A stretch of 64,000 nt of DNA. Source: Catajapyx aquilonaris. Taxonomy: Eukaryota. A program made the translations under genes and the position numbers. Shown in pieces: positions 38,678 through 51,600 of this stretch (the first letter of the stretch is position 1; each line of letters starts with the position of its first letter). Where the stretch lies: positions 1-64,000 of the forward strand of contig KZ538457.1 of the NCBI GenBank assembly GCA_000934665.2, in the 5' to 3' direction. The notes beneath the pieces are model-generated. The model was not told the DNA's origin. It saw nothing but the letters and a program-made list of their open reading frames with translations, and did no database searches.

Positions 38678-39045
38678 TTTTATTTTTTAATTTTTATTTG
38701 TTTTTATTTATTTTATCCCGTGATGTCCCTTACGGGAGCTATAGGGGGGTGGCATACCACCATCATTTTTCTGTATATATTTTCACTTCATTCACCAGTG
38801 CAAGGAAACAGGGACAGTGGGAAAGGATAGGGATTTTTGGGGAGGGAACATGGGTGCAAGGTGCAATGTCGTAGCTAATGGGTCATGTGCTGTTCCCCGG
38901 GAGGTTAGGTTGCCAGACACCTCCTTGGTGCAGGTCAGAGACCCTCCTGACGCAGGTGAAAGGAAAGTTCCCCAGGCGGGAATCGAACCTGGGGCCTTTC
39001 ACTCAGCAAGCCAAGACGTTACCATCTCGGCCACCACACCTCCCC
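38678..39045 (-). mobile_element. tRNA-derived SINE, family B, full length
   Basis: A and B boxes, T-rich tail on +, TSD ccatctagctgataat at 38662-38677 and 39044-39059. Confidence 0.88.
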
Positions 39046-39125
39046 ATCTAGCTGATAATATGAAAAGAAGTTTTTACTTGTTGTCTCACAAAGGGTGCAA
39101 CGCAACCCACTTATTTGGTAGTATA

Positions 39126-39300
39126 CAGTTGACTCTGGATACAAGAGCCTCGGCTATAAGCAACCCTTGGTTACAGCCAACTTGAAAGGTGGTCCCAGCA
39201 TACTTCCATATGTGGCTTGTGTATTTGGATATAGGAAACATCAGTTGTAGGATGCTCATTTCCACGGTCCTTTGAAGTCTCTTATATCAGGAGTAGGCTG
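39126..39300. mobile_element. Tigger/pogo-like MITE (diverged)
   Basis: ta|cagttgactctggatacaagag...ctcttatatcaggagtaggctg|ta; related to 59585-59757. Confidence 0.55.
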
Positions 39301-39667
39301 TAATATGAAAGTAGCCGGTATGTTTCCCTTTCCAAAAATTAACAGTTTCTCTCCTTTTCCCACTTCTGGTTTGGTTTCCCTAGAAGACCTAGATTCACAA
39401 AGTCAAAGGCATATCAAAAATCCTGCATTCAGAGATTAGGCTGAAGGTCAAGCAGGTGGGACAGCAACTGCACTGCAGTGGTCACTCACATCTAGGCAAA
39501 AAAAGAGCCTTAGGTCTTTGCTATGGTTTAGTCAATCCACACAAAAATCATTCAAAATTTTCATGCTTGGGCAATGTCCATCTGTGCAGGAACAATGGAC
39601 TTGAAATATGCCGCTCACTGCCAAAAATTACTGCTATAACTAAACGGACACTTGGGACAGTCTAATC

Positions 39668-40605
39668 CAGTGGTTTCCAACCTCTTACCAACTGCGACCC
39701 CCTAAACATGTTTCCATGTTCCTGCGACCCCCCCCCCCNTTCCCCAGCCCCTCCTACAACTGCCCCCTTTCCAGAAAACATACACTCTTTAGACCGCAAA
39801 AATGGTTCAATTGACACAGAAATTGCACGGAAAAAAAATGATGATTTGGCACGGGGCACCTAGTTCGTCTTTCTTCCATTTTGGCCCTAGAAATTAATGA
39901 CCTTTACGGCGAGTCGAAGTGAACAGAAAACGGTGTTTCTGAAATGTGAATTTTATTAATATGGCGGAAGGAATAGAGAGATAATCGCACACATTTATGA
40001 TTTTAATACAATCGTGTCGACTATGGTACCATTTTGAAGGCCAAATCTTTGCACACGTTTTTCCGAGATTAACATTTCGGGACAAAAAATTACATTCCCT
40101 ATGAAATGCATTACCATATTTTTACTGCTGACCCCACCTTAATCTCAGGTATTCCCCCTGCACATCCAGCCAGAACTTCATCATCAATTCTCCATCTTGA
40201 AATAGATCTTGAATGTGTGGTCCCAGAACAAATCAATGAGCTGCTCTCATTCATAAGTAGACAGTTTTTCCCTTGAGAACTCACTGAAGAGATCGAACCT
40301 ATTCGACCTCTGCAATGTCACTGTCACTGAAATATTTCTCAAAACCCTCTTTTAGTATTTCCAAATGTGTGGATGTGACTCGCCCTTGAAATTTGCGCCA
40401 CTGCCCTCGATAGACGATGAAACATTTCAAATGAAGATTGCTCCACTTTTTTTCTGCCAGCCAGAGTTCTTGTTTTAATAAAAATGCGCTATTTTTTCAT
40501 GCAATGAAAAAATGTTCCTTAATTTGACCCCTTGCAGAGAAGTATTGAGCACATTCAGCTCCTAAAACATATCTGCAAAATATGCCAGTCATCATAAAGT
40601 AATTT

Positions 40606-40648
<43 letters not shown>

Positions 40649-41206
40649 TGATGATGATGATGATTACCCCGTGATAAGCCTCCTTGGGCTTTTTAGGGGA
40701 TCATCTTTTCATTCATCAACTTTAATCATTGCCTGCGCTGTGATGGATTTTTATTGTGGGAGGAAATGGGAGAACCCCAAGAAAACCCACGCGAACGCAG
40801 AGAGTACCCATCGAAACTCGAGCCACATAAGTATCCTCTGTCCGATCCGGGGATCGAACTCGGGACCTTAGAGGTGGAAGGCTGCGGAGCTAACCACTCC
40901 GCCACCATGTTGCCCTTTAATAATTGTATCTGCTTCTCCTGGATAGCTTATTTCCTTCAGATGAAAGTGTCGATTGATTGGCTCCATAGCAAGCTCGGTA
41001 GCGGGGCTTCCGCAGATAGAGGAGAGCGTGAGGGCGAACGTTGAGCATAGATTTCTCTCGACGAACTATGGTTCAAACATGAAACTCGTACACAGTATTC
41101 ATCCATTTTTTATTCTTAAATTAATCATTATTGCGCATAAATTGCACACAAAAAAAGTTGAACCAAGGCTTCCGACTCCCCGCAACCCACCAGTTGGAAA
41201 CCACAG
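39668..41206 (-). mobile_element. hAT (Buster/Charlie-type) deletion derivative
   Basis: CAGTGGTTTCCAAC...GTTGGAAACCACAG termini; 8-bp TSD GTCTAATC at 39660-39667 and 41207-41214; minus-strand remnant LAYFADMF*ELNVLNTSLQG at ~40530-40590. Confidence 0.85.
40607..40915 (-). mobile_element. tRNA-derived SINE, family E (V-domain-like core), inside the hAT element
   Basis: Minus-strand core gcgtgggttttcttggggttctcccatttcctcccaca; (TAA)n/(GAT)n tail. Confidence 0.8.
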
Positions 41207-41860
41207 GTCTAATCACTGTAATGGTATATCTAATAAACTACATGTGATACACTTTATATGAATTCAGAACAGTGCAATGCATTTGAAATGACAATTATTC
41301 CCAAAATGTAAAAGAAAATAAAAAAATTCGCTGCAGTGTACACAGTATTAACACTTACCAAACCCAGAAGTTAAGACAGGGATAAAATAGTTTCCTTTAA
41401 ACCTCATTAACGTTTATTCTCAACAATAGGTTTCTTACATCATAATAGTTCTTACAGCTTCAATGGTCGCACCATCATTTTCACATGACTGCAAAAAAAA
41501 TAAAAATACGAAGTTTCAATTAAGGCAGTGTTATACGTAAGATGAAAAGCAACATATCAAATAACAATTTTTAGGTCCCAGTATTTTGCTGCCAGTTTCA
41601 TATAGCTCCCTCTCACTCTACATACCAGTAGTGCATGAACATAATGGTAGCTAACCTTCCATACATAGCTCACATCTGTTCTATGTTCTTTAAAAAACCA
41701 GCTATGAGAAGAAATGTTATCTGGGTCTATCGCTCATAACCAAACCGCCACCTTTTTCTTACAGCCAGATGCACAGTCAACAGTTTCACTACATCACACA
41801 ATTTGAAACATGCTGCAAACTGTTTATATGCACTGTCAATTGGCCAAATATTCAGTGAAG

Positions 41861-42121
41861 GGATAGAGTTGACCTTACTGGTGTGCGGGAGGCGGAAGGG
41901 TAGTAGTCGGTGGGGGCAGCGGGCTGTGTTGCAAAGGCAAGGATAAAGGATAGGTGTGTATCCGCACGGAAGGAAGGTTAGGCTTGGTTAGGTTAGGTTA
42001 ATACCCCTTCCAAAATCCAAAAAATCAATCCTTGCATCCTTGCCTTTGCGACACAGCCAAGCTGCCCCCAGCGACCACTCACCCTGCCACCTCCCGCACG
42101 CCAGTAAGGGTTACTCTCTCC
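41861..42121. mobile_element. MITE with GG termini and 8-bp TSD (Merlin-like), internal TTAGG tract
   Basis: ~85-bp imperfect inverted arms; TSD CAGTGAAG at 41853-41860 and 42122-42129. Confidence 0.7.
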
Positions 42122-43949
42122 CAGTGAAGTAGGGAAAACCCGATGTTTCTCCTCTCAAAAAAATAATTTAAAAACTAATGCAGCCTCATGTGGAGGAAAC
42201 CATGAATCCTAAACCACCTCATGATGCACACATAATTTATGCAGGGTACAAAAAGGACATGGGGCACTGCTTATGAGAAACATTGAGCCAGATGGATTTG
42301 TCTGAAAGTTGGTCAGTTGATAGACCTTGACCTCAGGGTCAGTTGTTCTGAAGACCAAAGAAAATCTACCGTGCCTTTTGGCCAATAGAGGAAAAATGTG
42401 ACTGTGCTGCTGTGTTGCCATGTTTAAGACAAGGCACATCCAAGTCATTCGCATGTGAGAAGCTCGAAAGTAAAAGCAGCTAAGTCAGCGGTTCTCAGCC
42501 AAAGGGGCAAAGGGGCAAAGGGGCAAAGGGGGGGCACGGGGTGAATCCAAAAATTATGTGACTCGAAACAGGCACAAAAGTCACACTGATTAGGTAAGAA
42601 CTACTTCTCAGGGCTTACTGTAGCATGCAGTTCTACACAATTTGTGCAGTTCTAAAAGCCAAAAGTGCAGTTCTGTATAAGGACTTGGGCAGTCAGAAAA
42701 TAGCAGACTAGTCTGTCATATCCAGATTCAACTGCACTTGTAAATTGGCACTGCTGACAATATGAAGGGACCAATCTTTCTACTTGCTTATATCTGATGT
42801 GCTTACAGAATAGGAGGATTCCACTGTACTTAGTCAGTTATTACATTCACCGAAAGGTGTGTGACCTTGAAACAAAAAATAATAATTCCAAACAAGAAAT
42901 TGTACAGGAGAGGAGATAAACCTCTCATTTGGAAACGGTTGCAAACTGAAAGTAACTGATAGGGGGAGTCACGAGATGGCATTTTTATGCATTTTTAAAT
43001 GTAAGTTTTGAAAATCATGGATTGCTAGTTTAGCCACAAATTTGGAGGTCGGTACTTGTCAGGGTAGACATCGTCGGTGTTAGAGGTCGACATCTCCTAG
43101 CCGTAGCTTCGACTGCCTTTCAGGCCCATGCCACACCTCTTAAATACACGCCCCCCTACCACCCCCATCACTTTGGCAGACGAATTTGCCAACACCCTGT
43201 ATTATGCCAAAGTGTGAAATATATTTGAAAGGTTTCATGTCTTATACACCAAAAGAATGATTCTGGTATTACATACCGCTTTCCCCAATAATAATGTGTG
43301 AGTGCAAACCAGACAAGAGGGCATGTTATCCTAGAACCTCGTAATTCATGCACAAAATAAATTGGAACCAAATAAAATTTTGAGAATCATGCATTGCCTT
43401 TACATTAACATCTCACAATTACTTTTTAAAACCTAAATAAAACAAAGACCTGCACATAATGAATATCAATGACTTGCATGGCCAAAAAGACGCAGGCAAT
43501 CATGTTGCAAGGCTCCAACAAGTTTGCTGGAAAATTGGCTGTGTCTGGGCTCCAATATGGATACCTGGGTACCCAAAAAAATCTGATACCTGTTCAATTC
43601 AGAGTATTGCTCACTTACTGCTCAAAGGCAGTTCCCACCCACTGCCTTATCTGAATGCCATCCACTCTGGAGAACCCAAAGTGATAACTTAGGGTAGCAA
43701 GAGGCTCAGCAGAACTCAATAGTAGTAACATGTCATGTATTTGACACAAGGTACCTCGGAAATTGTCACACATAAGGCATGACAACTCTGCATCTTGCTG
43801 CATCTCTTATTGGCCTACCTTGTAAGTTAAAAATTTAGGTTTCCTGGAGATAACGTGTTGGTTGGGATATGCCTTTGAGCAAAAAACGAATACCACAGAA
43901 CCCATAAGGCATCTTGAGCTATATGCCATAAACCATACACCCTTAGGTA

Positions 43950-44337
43950 CAGTACCATTCATAAAGAATGGTATGACTCTACATGGACGAAATGTTTATT
44001 CTGTTCCCAACCCCTGGGTCGCCAGCATGTTTTTAGGGGTCACGAGGAAGTCCCGGAAAAGGGAATCAAAATAAAATAAAAAAGAGAAGAGAAAAACAAA
44101 GCTAAGTAGGAAAATTTTAGGGGGGAAATTCACATCAAATCTACGTAAGCATTGCACCGGGTTGAACATTTTGGTCACAAAAATTTTATTTCAAAATCGG
44201 GATCGGTCATACGAGTCACCGAAGGTCCAGAAAAGGTTGTCCATATCGTTTTGTCGAATTAAGGTTGGGAATAATGCTCGATAATCAGGATAAACATTTT
44301 GTCCATAGAGTCGTACCATTCTTTATGAGCGGGACTG
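43950..44337. mobile_element. TA-target MITE containing a hAT-like fragment
   Basis: ta|cagtaccattcataaagaatggtatgactcta...tagagtcgtaccattctttatgagcgggactg|ta; internal gttcccaacc...ggttgggaat. Confidence 0.7.
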
Positions 44338-45383
44338 TACTGTGAAGCATGGGCCATGAGAAGTCACACAGAACATAACTGGTTTGGTTAAACAGGCTTA
44401 ATCCTTTGGCCCCAGGGCTCTCTCTCCTCCTCCTCCCCCCCCCCCCTCCCAAATGGGGCCAAAGGAGTTAAATACGATTCATATATATATCAGGAAAAAA
44501 TGCCTTTGGTGTCAATTTACCACCAACCAGGAATAGGTCCTATTAGTCATGATTTTCTAAATCAACTGCTTTATTTGGGCTATATTTAGATTCACCTAAG
44601 CCACTTGAGTGTCGTTTTGCACCTGCTCCATGAAACTCCTCACAATTCCTGCATCCAGCAGATGTTAATCTACACACAGTGTATAAACCAATGATGCCAC
44701 AATGAGATCCAGATTAGAAGTGCTAGGACACCATAATTATTGGCATCCCTTGCCTAATTTCAGTATGAACAATCAAGCCAAGAGCAATGATACATGCCAA
44801 GGCCACAATGGACTTCCACAGCAGTTCATCCCAGCCATACGCTGCTAGGTCATGACAGATGTCACATTTTATTCAAAAATCCACTATTTGTCCATAAGAA
44901 AAATGAATTTTCCTATGACTTACTGATTGACAAGCAAAACCAAATCCCTATTTTCTATAACACTCAAAAAATAGACAAAATTTTCTTATTCAATATTTAC
45001 TTTTGGAAAAGTGAGGCTGACTAGAACTTGACAAATTCCGGACTAGATTGCACTATTAAATGCTATTAAATCACACTATTAAACAGCACCTGGCAAAACA
45101 TGTACTATTTCTGCTACGAATCAGAGAGGAACCAGAAACACCGGTAATTTGGATTACAAAGTACTTCATGTAGATGAATGGGAACCATTCAAGCAAATTG
45201 TCCTGAAAGTTGTGAAAGTCTGATGGCACTTTTAGCCTTTTGCTTATGCAAATAAACAAGCACATAATCCTAACATCTTTGTATGGCAAAAGAACTCCCA
45301 TCACAAACCTCCCTCCTCCATCCATTCTCCAACAACCCACCAAAAATAAAAAATAAAAAATAATAATGTAAAAATATTTGCGA

Positions 45384-45614
45384 TCAACTAGCCTCCAGAG
45401 TAAGTGGATTAATCATGTCTGAATCCAACACAGCTGCATGTCCCTGATGAGCTGAAGTGGTAGTAAATATCCTGAGCCTGTTTTGCTGCAGCCTCATCTT
45501 CTGAAGGTGTTTCTGCTCACATTCTTGGACCAGATGGTTAAGCTCTTCTGCACTGTAGCCCACGACATCCTTCAGGTCACACACAAAACGGTAAACAAAT
45601 CTTTTGCCATGAAC
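45384..45614 (-). CDS. GABPA: GABPA last coding exon (end of ETS, C-terminal helices, stop)
   Basis: tttcag|[35 protein letters not shown]...LEAS*. Confidence 0.93.
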   Translation of the reverse strand, partial: VHGKRFVYRFVCDLKDVVGYSAEELNHLVQECEQKHLQKMRLQQNRLRIFTTTSAHQGHAAVLDSDMINPLTLEAS

Positions 45615-48600
45615 CTGAAACAAGTGAAATCACAAATCCCCCTTCAAAAAGGAAGCCATGTTTTTATAGTTTCCTGACCTTCACTGTGTGCAGTGTTTTA
45701 TATCAACTTACACCTATATCAAGTTGTTCTTCACAAATATTATCACCATATTACCCTGCAATCTGTGGTATGCTGGTATAAAACAAGGTCAACCTGGGGA
45801 CCGGTATACCCATGGGAAACCAGCCAGCTGGATAAAGGTCATTTACATTATTTTCTCCTTCCCTTCAAAATTACCAATATTCCCAATTAAATAAAGGCAG
45901 TTGCCAACTTACGTCTAGCTCCAATAAACATAGATTTGGACTAAGTCTTAAAATGTCAGATGTGAGCAAAAATTCTTTGGGACAAATTGGTAAAAAAATG
46001 CTGGCAATTGCAAGAAAACCTGTTAAATTTTGCTGCATGGCAAATCTAACCTTCCTGCAAAGACTCATTCCCTCACTCAGTTTAAATATGGCATAGCAAG
46101 TTGTGGCGACCCCCAAGCTGGTCGCAGTGGGCGAGAGGGTGGCTAGCAAGCTACTCGGCTGCATCTTGCTACACGACTTGGAAAATGGGAAAGCTATCAA
46201 AGAGGAGGGTTTGATATCACACTCCCCTCGCTCCGCCCCATTGAAACTTACCAAGACGTTGAAAATAAAGCCCTTAATATGTAATAATATTAAATACATA
46301 GTTGGTATACAGAGGTGGCCAAGGGGAAAGAGCCCTGGGGCCGAACGGGTTAATAAACGATACAAAACGAAACGTAAAATACTTTGACCACTACAAAAAG
46401 GTTGCCGACGTATTAAGTCAGTCAGACAAAGAGAAAAGGGGTGTTGACTCCTTGTTCAACCGCATACCTTGGGGATGGGTTGGACTCTCAACTCCTTGAC
46501 TACAGCAGACTCTGCCAGCCAGGGTTGACAGCATTTTAAAAATTGCAATTGTTAGAAATTTTTCGAAGCTCCATGAGGAGATAGAGGCTAGTAATCAAGT
46601 ATGGTACTAGTTTTATTAGAAGTCTGGCCTGCCCGCTGGGAGAGCATCTGAGGGTTATGGCGAACCCATGGAGGTGTACATGTACGGTATTTCTCTCCAT
46701 GTTTATATCTTAGGTTTAGTTGGAGTTCTCCTATTTTCACTCAATGTCCAATAACTCTCTTCCCTTTATATGGTGTCACACACTATTTCAGCTCAAAGAT
46801 GCTCCCAAAGAGCCACAGCAGCCAATGCAACTGGCGCGAGTCACACATTGCAAACTTTACAGAATCAGGGTGCAACAAAGTGCCACCAAAGTGGCCAACA
46901 ACTTTTGTTAAAGGGCAATAAAATTACTTGCAAGTTATCAATACTTACTTTGGCAATCATATCTCCATCATAGTAGTACCTAAGAGCTCGGCTGAGCTTC
47001 TCATAGTTCATGTTGGGCTTATTCTTCCGCATTCCCCAGAGTTGAGCCACCATCTCTGGGCTGTTCAGCTTGAACTCCCCATTATCCCCAAGCCATTGGA
47101 TTGCACTGCGGTGCTCCTTGTCTGTCAGAAGCTCAAGAAGGAACTGCCACAACTGGATCTGACCATTGTTGCCTGCAAGATTTTTTTTTTGGTGATCCCT
47201 AATAGATACAGGGGAAGGAGAGGCACATTGACGATGCTAAGGAAATAGTTCACTAAGCTATTTCTATAATTTATATAAAGGTTTCTTCTGAAAATAAGCT
47301 CTAAACTACACCATTCATTAAATAATGTTATCCTGTCTGCTCATAATTAGTGTTTTAAAATAATTATTTTACAAATCAACAATAGGCTAGGCAACGTGCA
47401 AAAATCAGATTAATACCTTTAGGAAAGAGCTCAAAGTAAGTATTCCTCAGCATCACTACATAATTAATGCTACCAGTGGTTGTATACCGAACATGCAAAA
47501 CAATATATTGCTGGTGCATCTATGGACAGTTCCTAGAAGACAAAGCCTGTAGATGGAGAATTGTCTTCAGATTCAGACACTTTGCTCCTCTTTCTTTCAG
47601 ATTTAGACTGAAGTAGGTTTATATTCTTGCATCTATTTCCCTTCCCCTCTACTGTCATATAATTTCCATCCCAATACCTTTTCTGTGGGAGATAAAATAT
47701 ACAAGAAGTTCCCGGTTTACGAACGACCTGACTTACAGCAATCCATACTTATGAATCCCAAGGCTCCCCATAAAGATAATTTATAATTATTATCCCTCCA
47801 CTCTCAATGACTTCTCCGTATTTTGACTGACACCAAGTTCAACATAAATACTGTATGATAAATAAATAATTCAAGTACTATGTACTTTCTTCCACACATG
47901 TAAACAAATGCAGATGACTTTTTTTTTAATGTTACCCCGTGATAAGGCAGAGCCTTTTAGGGGAGTGGCACACCACCATCAGTTTTCTAGTAACTGTTTT
48001 TTCTTCACTCACTGGTGCAAGGAGTCAAGGATGTAGGGTAGGGGTAGGGATTTTTGGGGAGGGAACATGGGTGCAAGTGCAAGGTCTGTAAAGGGGTCAT
48101 GTGCTGTTCCCCAGGAGGTTAGGTTGCCAGACACCTGCAAGGTGCAGGTCGGAGACCCTCCTGACGCAGGTGAAAGGAAAGTTCCCCAGGCGGGGATCAA
48201 ACCTGGGGCCTTTCACTCAGCAAGCCGAGACGTTACCATCTCGGCCATCTACACCTCCCCAATGCAGATGACTTAAACAGTTCGTTGGGCAGAATCTTTT
48301 CACTAGCAGCTGGGTCATTCCATGTCAATACAGACAAATTGGTGGCTCTACCATCTCAGAATTTGATATAAAAAATCATGTGCGTACACACACATGAGCT
48401 GTTGCTAAAAACGAAATTAGAGACACCCAGGTGAAAATCCCACGGAAATATGGCAACGTCTTTCGGCAACAATGGAGCCGGACTGACAATTTATTTCAGG
48501 TAGAGTTCTTGTTGTAAACCTATGGTCATATATATCAAAAGAACCGGAATGAAATGAGGAATATTGTGGTGGCAACGGTTTTAACCTAGAACGCAAAATA

Positions 48601-51600
48601 AAAATTCTAAAAAATTCGCATTATTGTGAAAAAATGGCACATTTCCGATGGTCCAATGTCACTGTTAAACACATGCTAGGAGTGTGAAATTAATATGGTA
48701 GATACATTGTCATGTGGTCCTTACTACTGTATAAGGAAAACAATACAGGTCAAGCAGTCTTGGAAATAATAAATCCTGAAATTCCATTTTTCTGTAAGTT
48801 GGTCATCTTCGAGGTCATTTTTCTGAATGTGGGACTGGGCCGATTTTAAAGTTACAAGAGTTAAAATAAGCGCCGTTGTATGATTTACATATCGATATAA
48901 GAATGGTTCGTGCCCCCTGACCAGTTCACCCGCAGCAAAATTTTAAAAACATCTCAAAATAACAGATTATTCTGGGATTTCTTATGCTCCTCATTGTTAA
49001 ACATATGATAAGAGTGTGAAATTCATATGGTAAGTACGTGGTCATCTGGTCACTACTACTGTAGAAGAACAACATCTCAAGTCAAATAGTCTTGGAAATA
49101 ATAATCAATCCTTAAATGCCCACTCACATAATTTGGTCATCTTTGAGGTCATTTTTCTCAATGTGGGACTGGACCGATTTTAAAGTTACATGTCTTAAAA
49201 GAAGCATCTTTCCACGCTTTACCCCAGATATATAAGAACTATTATGCCTCAGAGCGGTTCACCCGCAGAACATTTAAATATCCTCCTATAACCTACTCTA
49301 CGTTATTTGGCGCTGTATTTAATGTGTTGCGGGTGAACCGCTCAGGGGGCAGAATAGTTATGATATCTCTGGGGTCAAGCATGGAAAGACGCTTCTTTTA
49401 AGACATGTAACTTTAAAATCATTATACAGGGTGTCCCTAAATGATTGTCAACATTTGAAAGTTGCTTAATTTCTATTAGTTGCGGTGTGCAATGACAAGA
49501 CAGATATAGAACGAAAGACCACATTTGGGAGTTTTTATTGCACACACTACAAGTGCTCAATATGAGCACCTTTCGTCACACGACATGATAGTCTAATTCT
49601 CTACACAGGCCAGCATGTCTGGTGTGATTAATTCCACAGCAGCAACAATCCTGCGTTTCAACTCACACAGGCTGGTAGGTAGCCGTGGTACGAAGACCTG
49701 GTCCTTTACATATACCCCCAGAGGAAAAAGTCACATGAGGTGAGATCGGAAGACCTTGGCGGCCACTGGAGAAAAACCAGATCTTACTGACAGGCATGTC
49801 CGATCCGGCGATCCTTGCCCTTGCAAAGGCATCCTGTCGTCTGAAACTTCTGGAACCACCGTTGAATGTGATTGTAGATTTGTAGGGAGGGGCGTAACGC
49901 CCTCCGGACTGTCGCCGGAAGGCCTGCTGAACACTAACTACCGAACCAAGCTTTGCAAACTGCAGGACACGGAACGTTTTCTGTTCGGGAGACATCATTT
50001 TGTGTAGTGGCCCTGTGTGCCTCGCGGCAAAGTGCGGAACCAACTTTTCTGTGTGCAATAAAAAACTCCCAAATGTGGTCTTTCGTTCTATGTATGTCTT
50101 GTCATTGCACACCGCAACTAATAGAAATTAAGCAACTTTCAAAAGTTGACAATCATTTAGGGACACCCTGTATACAGTAGTAAGGACTACATGACAATAA
50201 TAATTGATACCCCATTATCAGCCCTTTAGGCTTTATTAGGGGGGGATTTCTCCCAATTTTTTTGTCTGGAACTCTTTCCATTTTTACTATACTTTTCATC
50301 GGAATTGAGGCAAGGGTAGGTAAGGAAGGAAGCGGCTGTGGCCTATAATTACGGTAACGACCTCGGAATTATCCTGCGGTGACCATGGGAAGCCACAGAA
50401 AACCATGATCAGGGTCGCTGGCCTCCGGGATTCGAACCCAGGACCTCCCGATTAGCAGTCGTACACCATACCACTACACCACTACTGCTTCGGTGGGACC
50501 ACATGACAATGTATCTACCATATTAATTTCACACTCCTAGCATGTGTTTAACAGTGACATTGGACCATCGGAAATGTGGCATTTTTGCACAATAATGCGA
50601 ATTTTTTAGAATTTTTATTTTGCGTTCTAGGTTAAAACCGTTGCCACCACAATATTCCTCATTTCATTCCGGTTCTTTTGATATATATGACCATGGGTTC
50701 ACAACAAGAACTCTACCTGAAATAAATTGTCAGTCCGGCTCCATTGTTGCCGAAAGACGTTGCCATATCTCCGTGGGATTTTCACCTGGGTGGCTCTAAT
50801 TTCGTTTTTAGCAACAGCTCATGTGTGTGTACGCACATGATTTTTTATATCAAATTCTGAGATGGTAGAGCCACCAATTTGTCTGTATTGACATGGAATG
50901 GCCCAGCTATTATTATTATTGTTGTTGTTACCGTATATGCACTGTTCATCAGGGATCCAAATTACTTACAAATCCCACTTGCAGACATTTTCAGGAACGT
51001 AAACCCGGTCATAGACCAGGGACTTCCCATACTTGCCTAAAACCAAGCCTAAGGTACTTGCCATCAAATGACTCTGTTGGATACCACTGGGCCCAGAAAT
51101 ACTCTGCCATACATTTTCAATGAATAAAGCAGTGTGCATATCACTGATATTATACCTAATTAATAGTTCACTGTCGTACCCCTCAGAACCTCAAAATAAT
51201 AGTAAAAATTTTTGGTAGTGCTGACCTCACATGCAGTACCTTAAAATATGACAGTGCCTTTTTTCTATATAGGGGAAGTTATAATATATTCTCCTTAACT
51301 TAGCCAAAAACAGTTCATGAACTATGGAGCAAATGACCAGTGCCCTGGTAAAGTCAGCAGCAGTCTAACCTGACAGACATCCAACAACCTCTTCCCTCAA
51401 GCCCTTCCTCCAGCTTTGAATAGTTTTGAACATGTCTTGTGACTTATCACTTGCCAATGTTTGCTATTGAACATGCTGTATCTGTTTTACTGCTGACCCA
51501 AAGTACCTGCACTTTAAGTACAGCATCTTTAAAATGCCCCTATCAAGGTGAACAGCAACAGGATTGAAATTCATGCCATTCCTTCTTTATTTCCCAACTA

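Larger units (their letters stand above)
48312..50904. mobile_element. Sola-like foldback element with >400-bp near-identical TIRs
   Basis: AGCT|GGGTCATTCCATGTCAA...TTGACATGGAATGGCCC|AGCT (4-bp TSD, GGG ends); 48312-48720 is the reverse complement of 50496-50904; inner palindrome centred ~49300. Confidence 0.8.

Noticed and set aside
38880..38975. 7SL/SRP-derived body in family-B SINEs
   Set aside because: Only short scattered word matches (cccgggag, aggttgcc, gcaggtca), not a convincing alignment.
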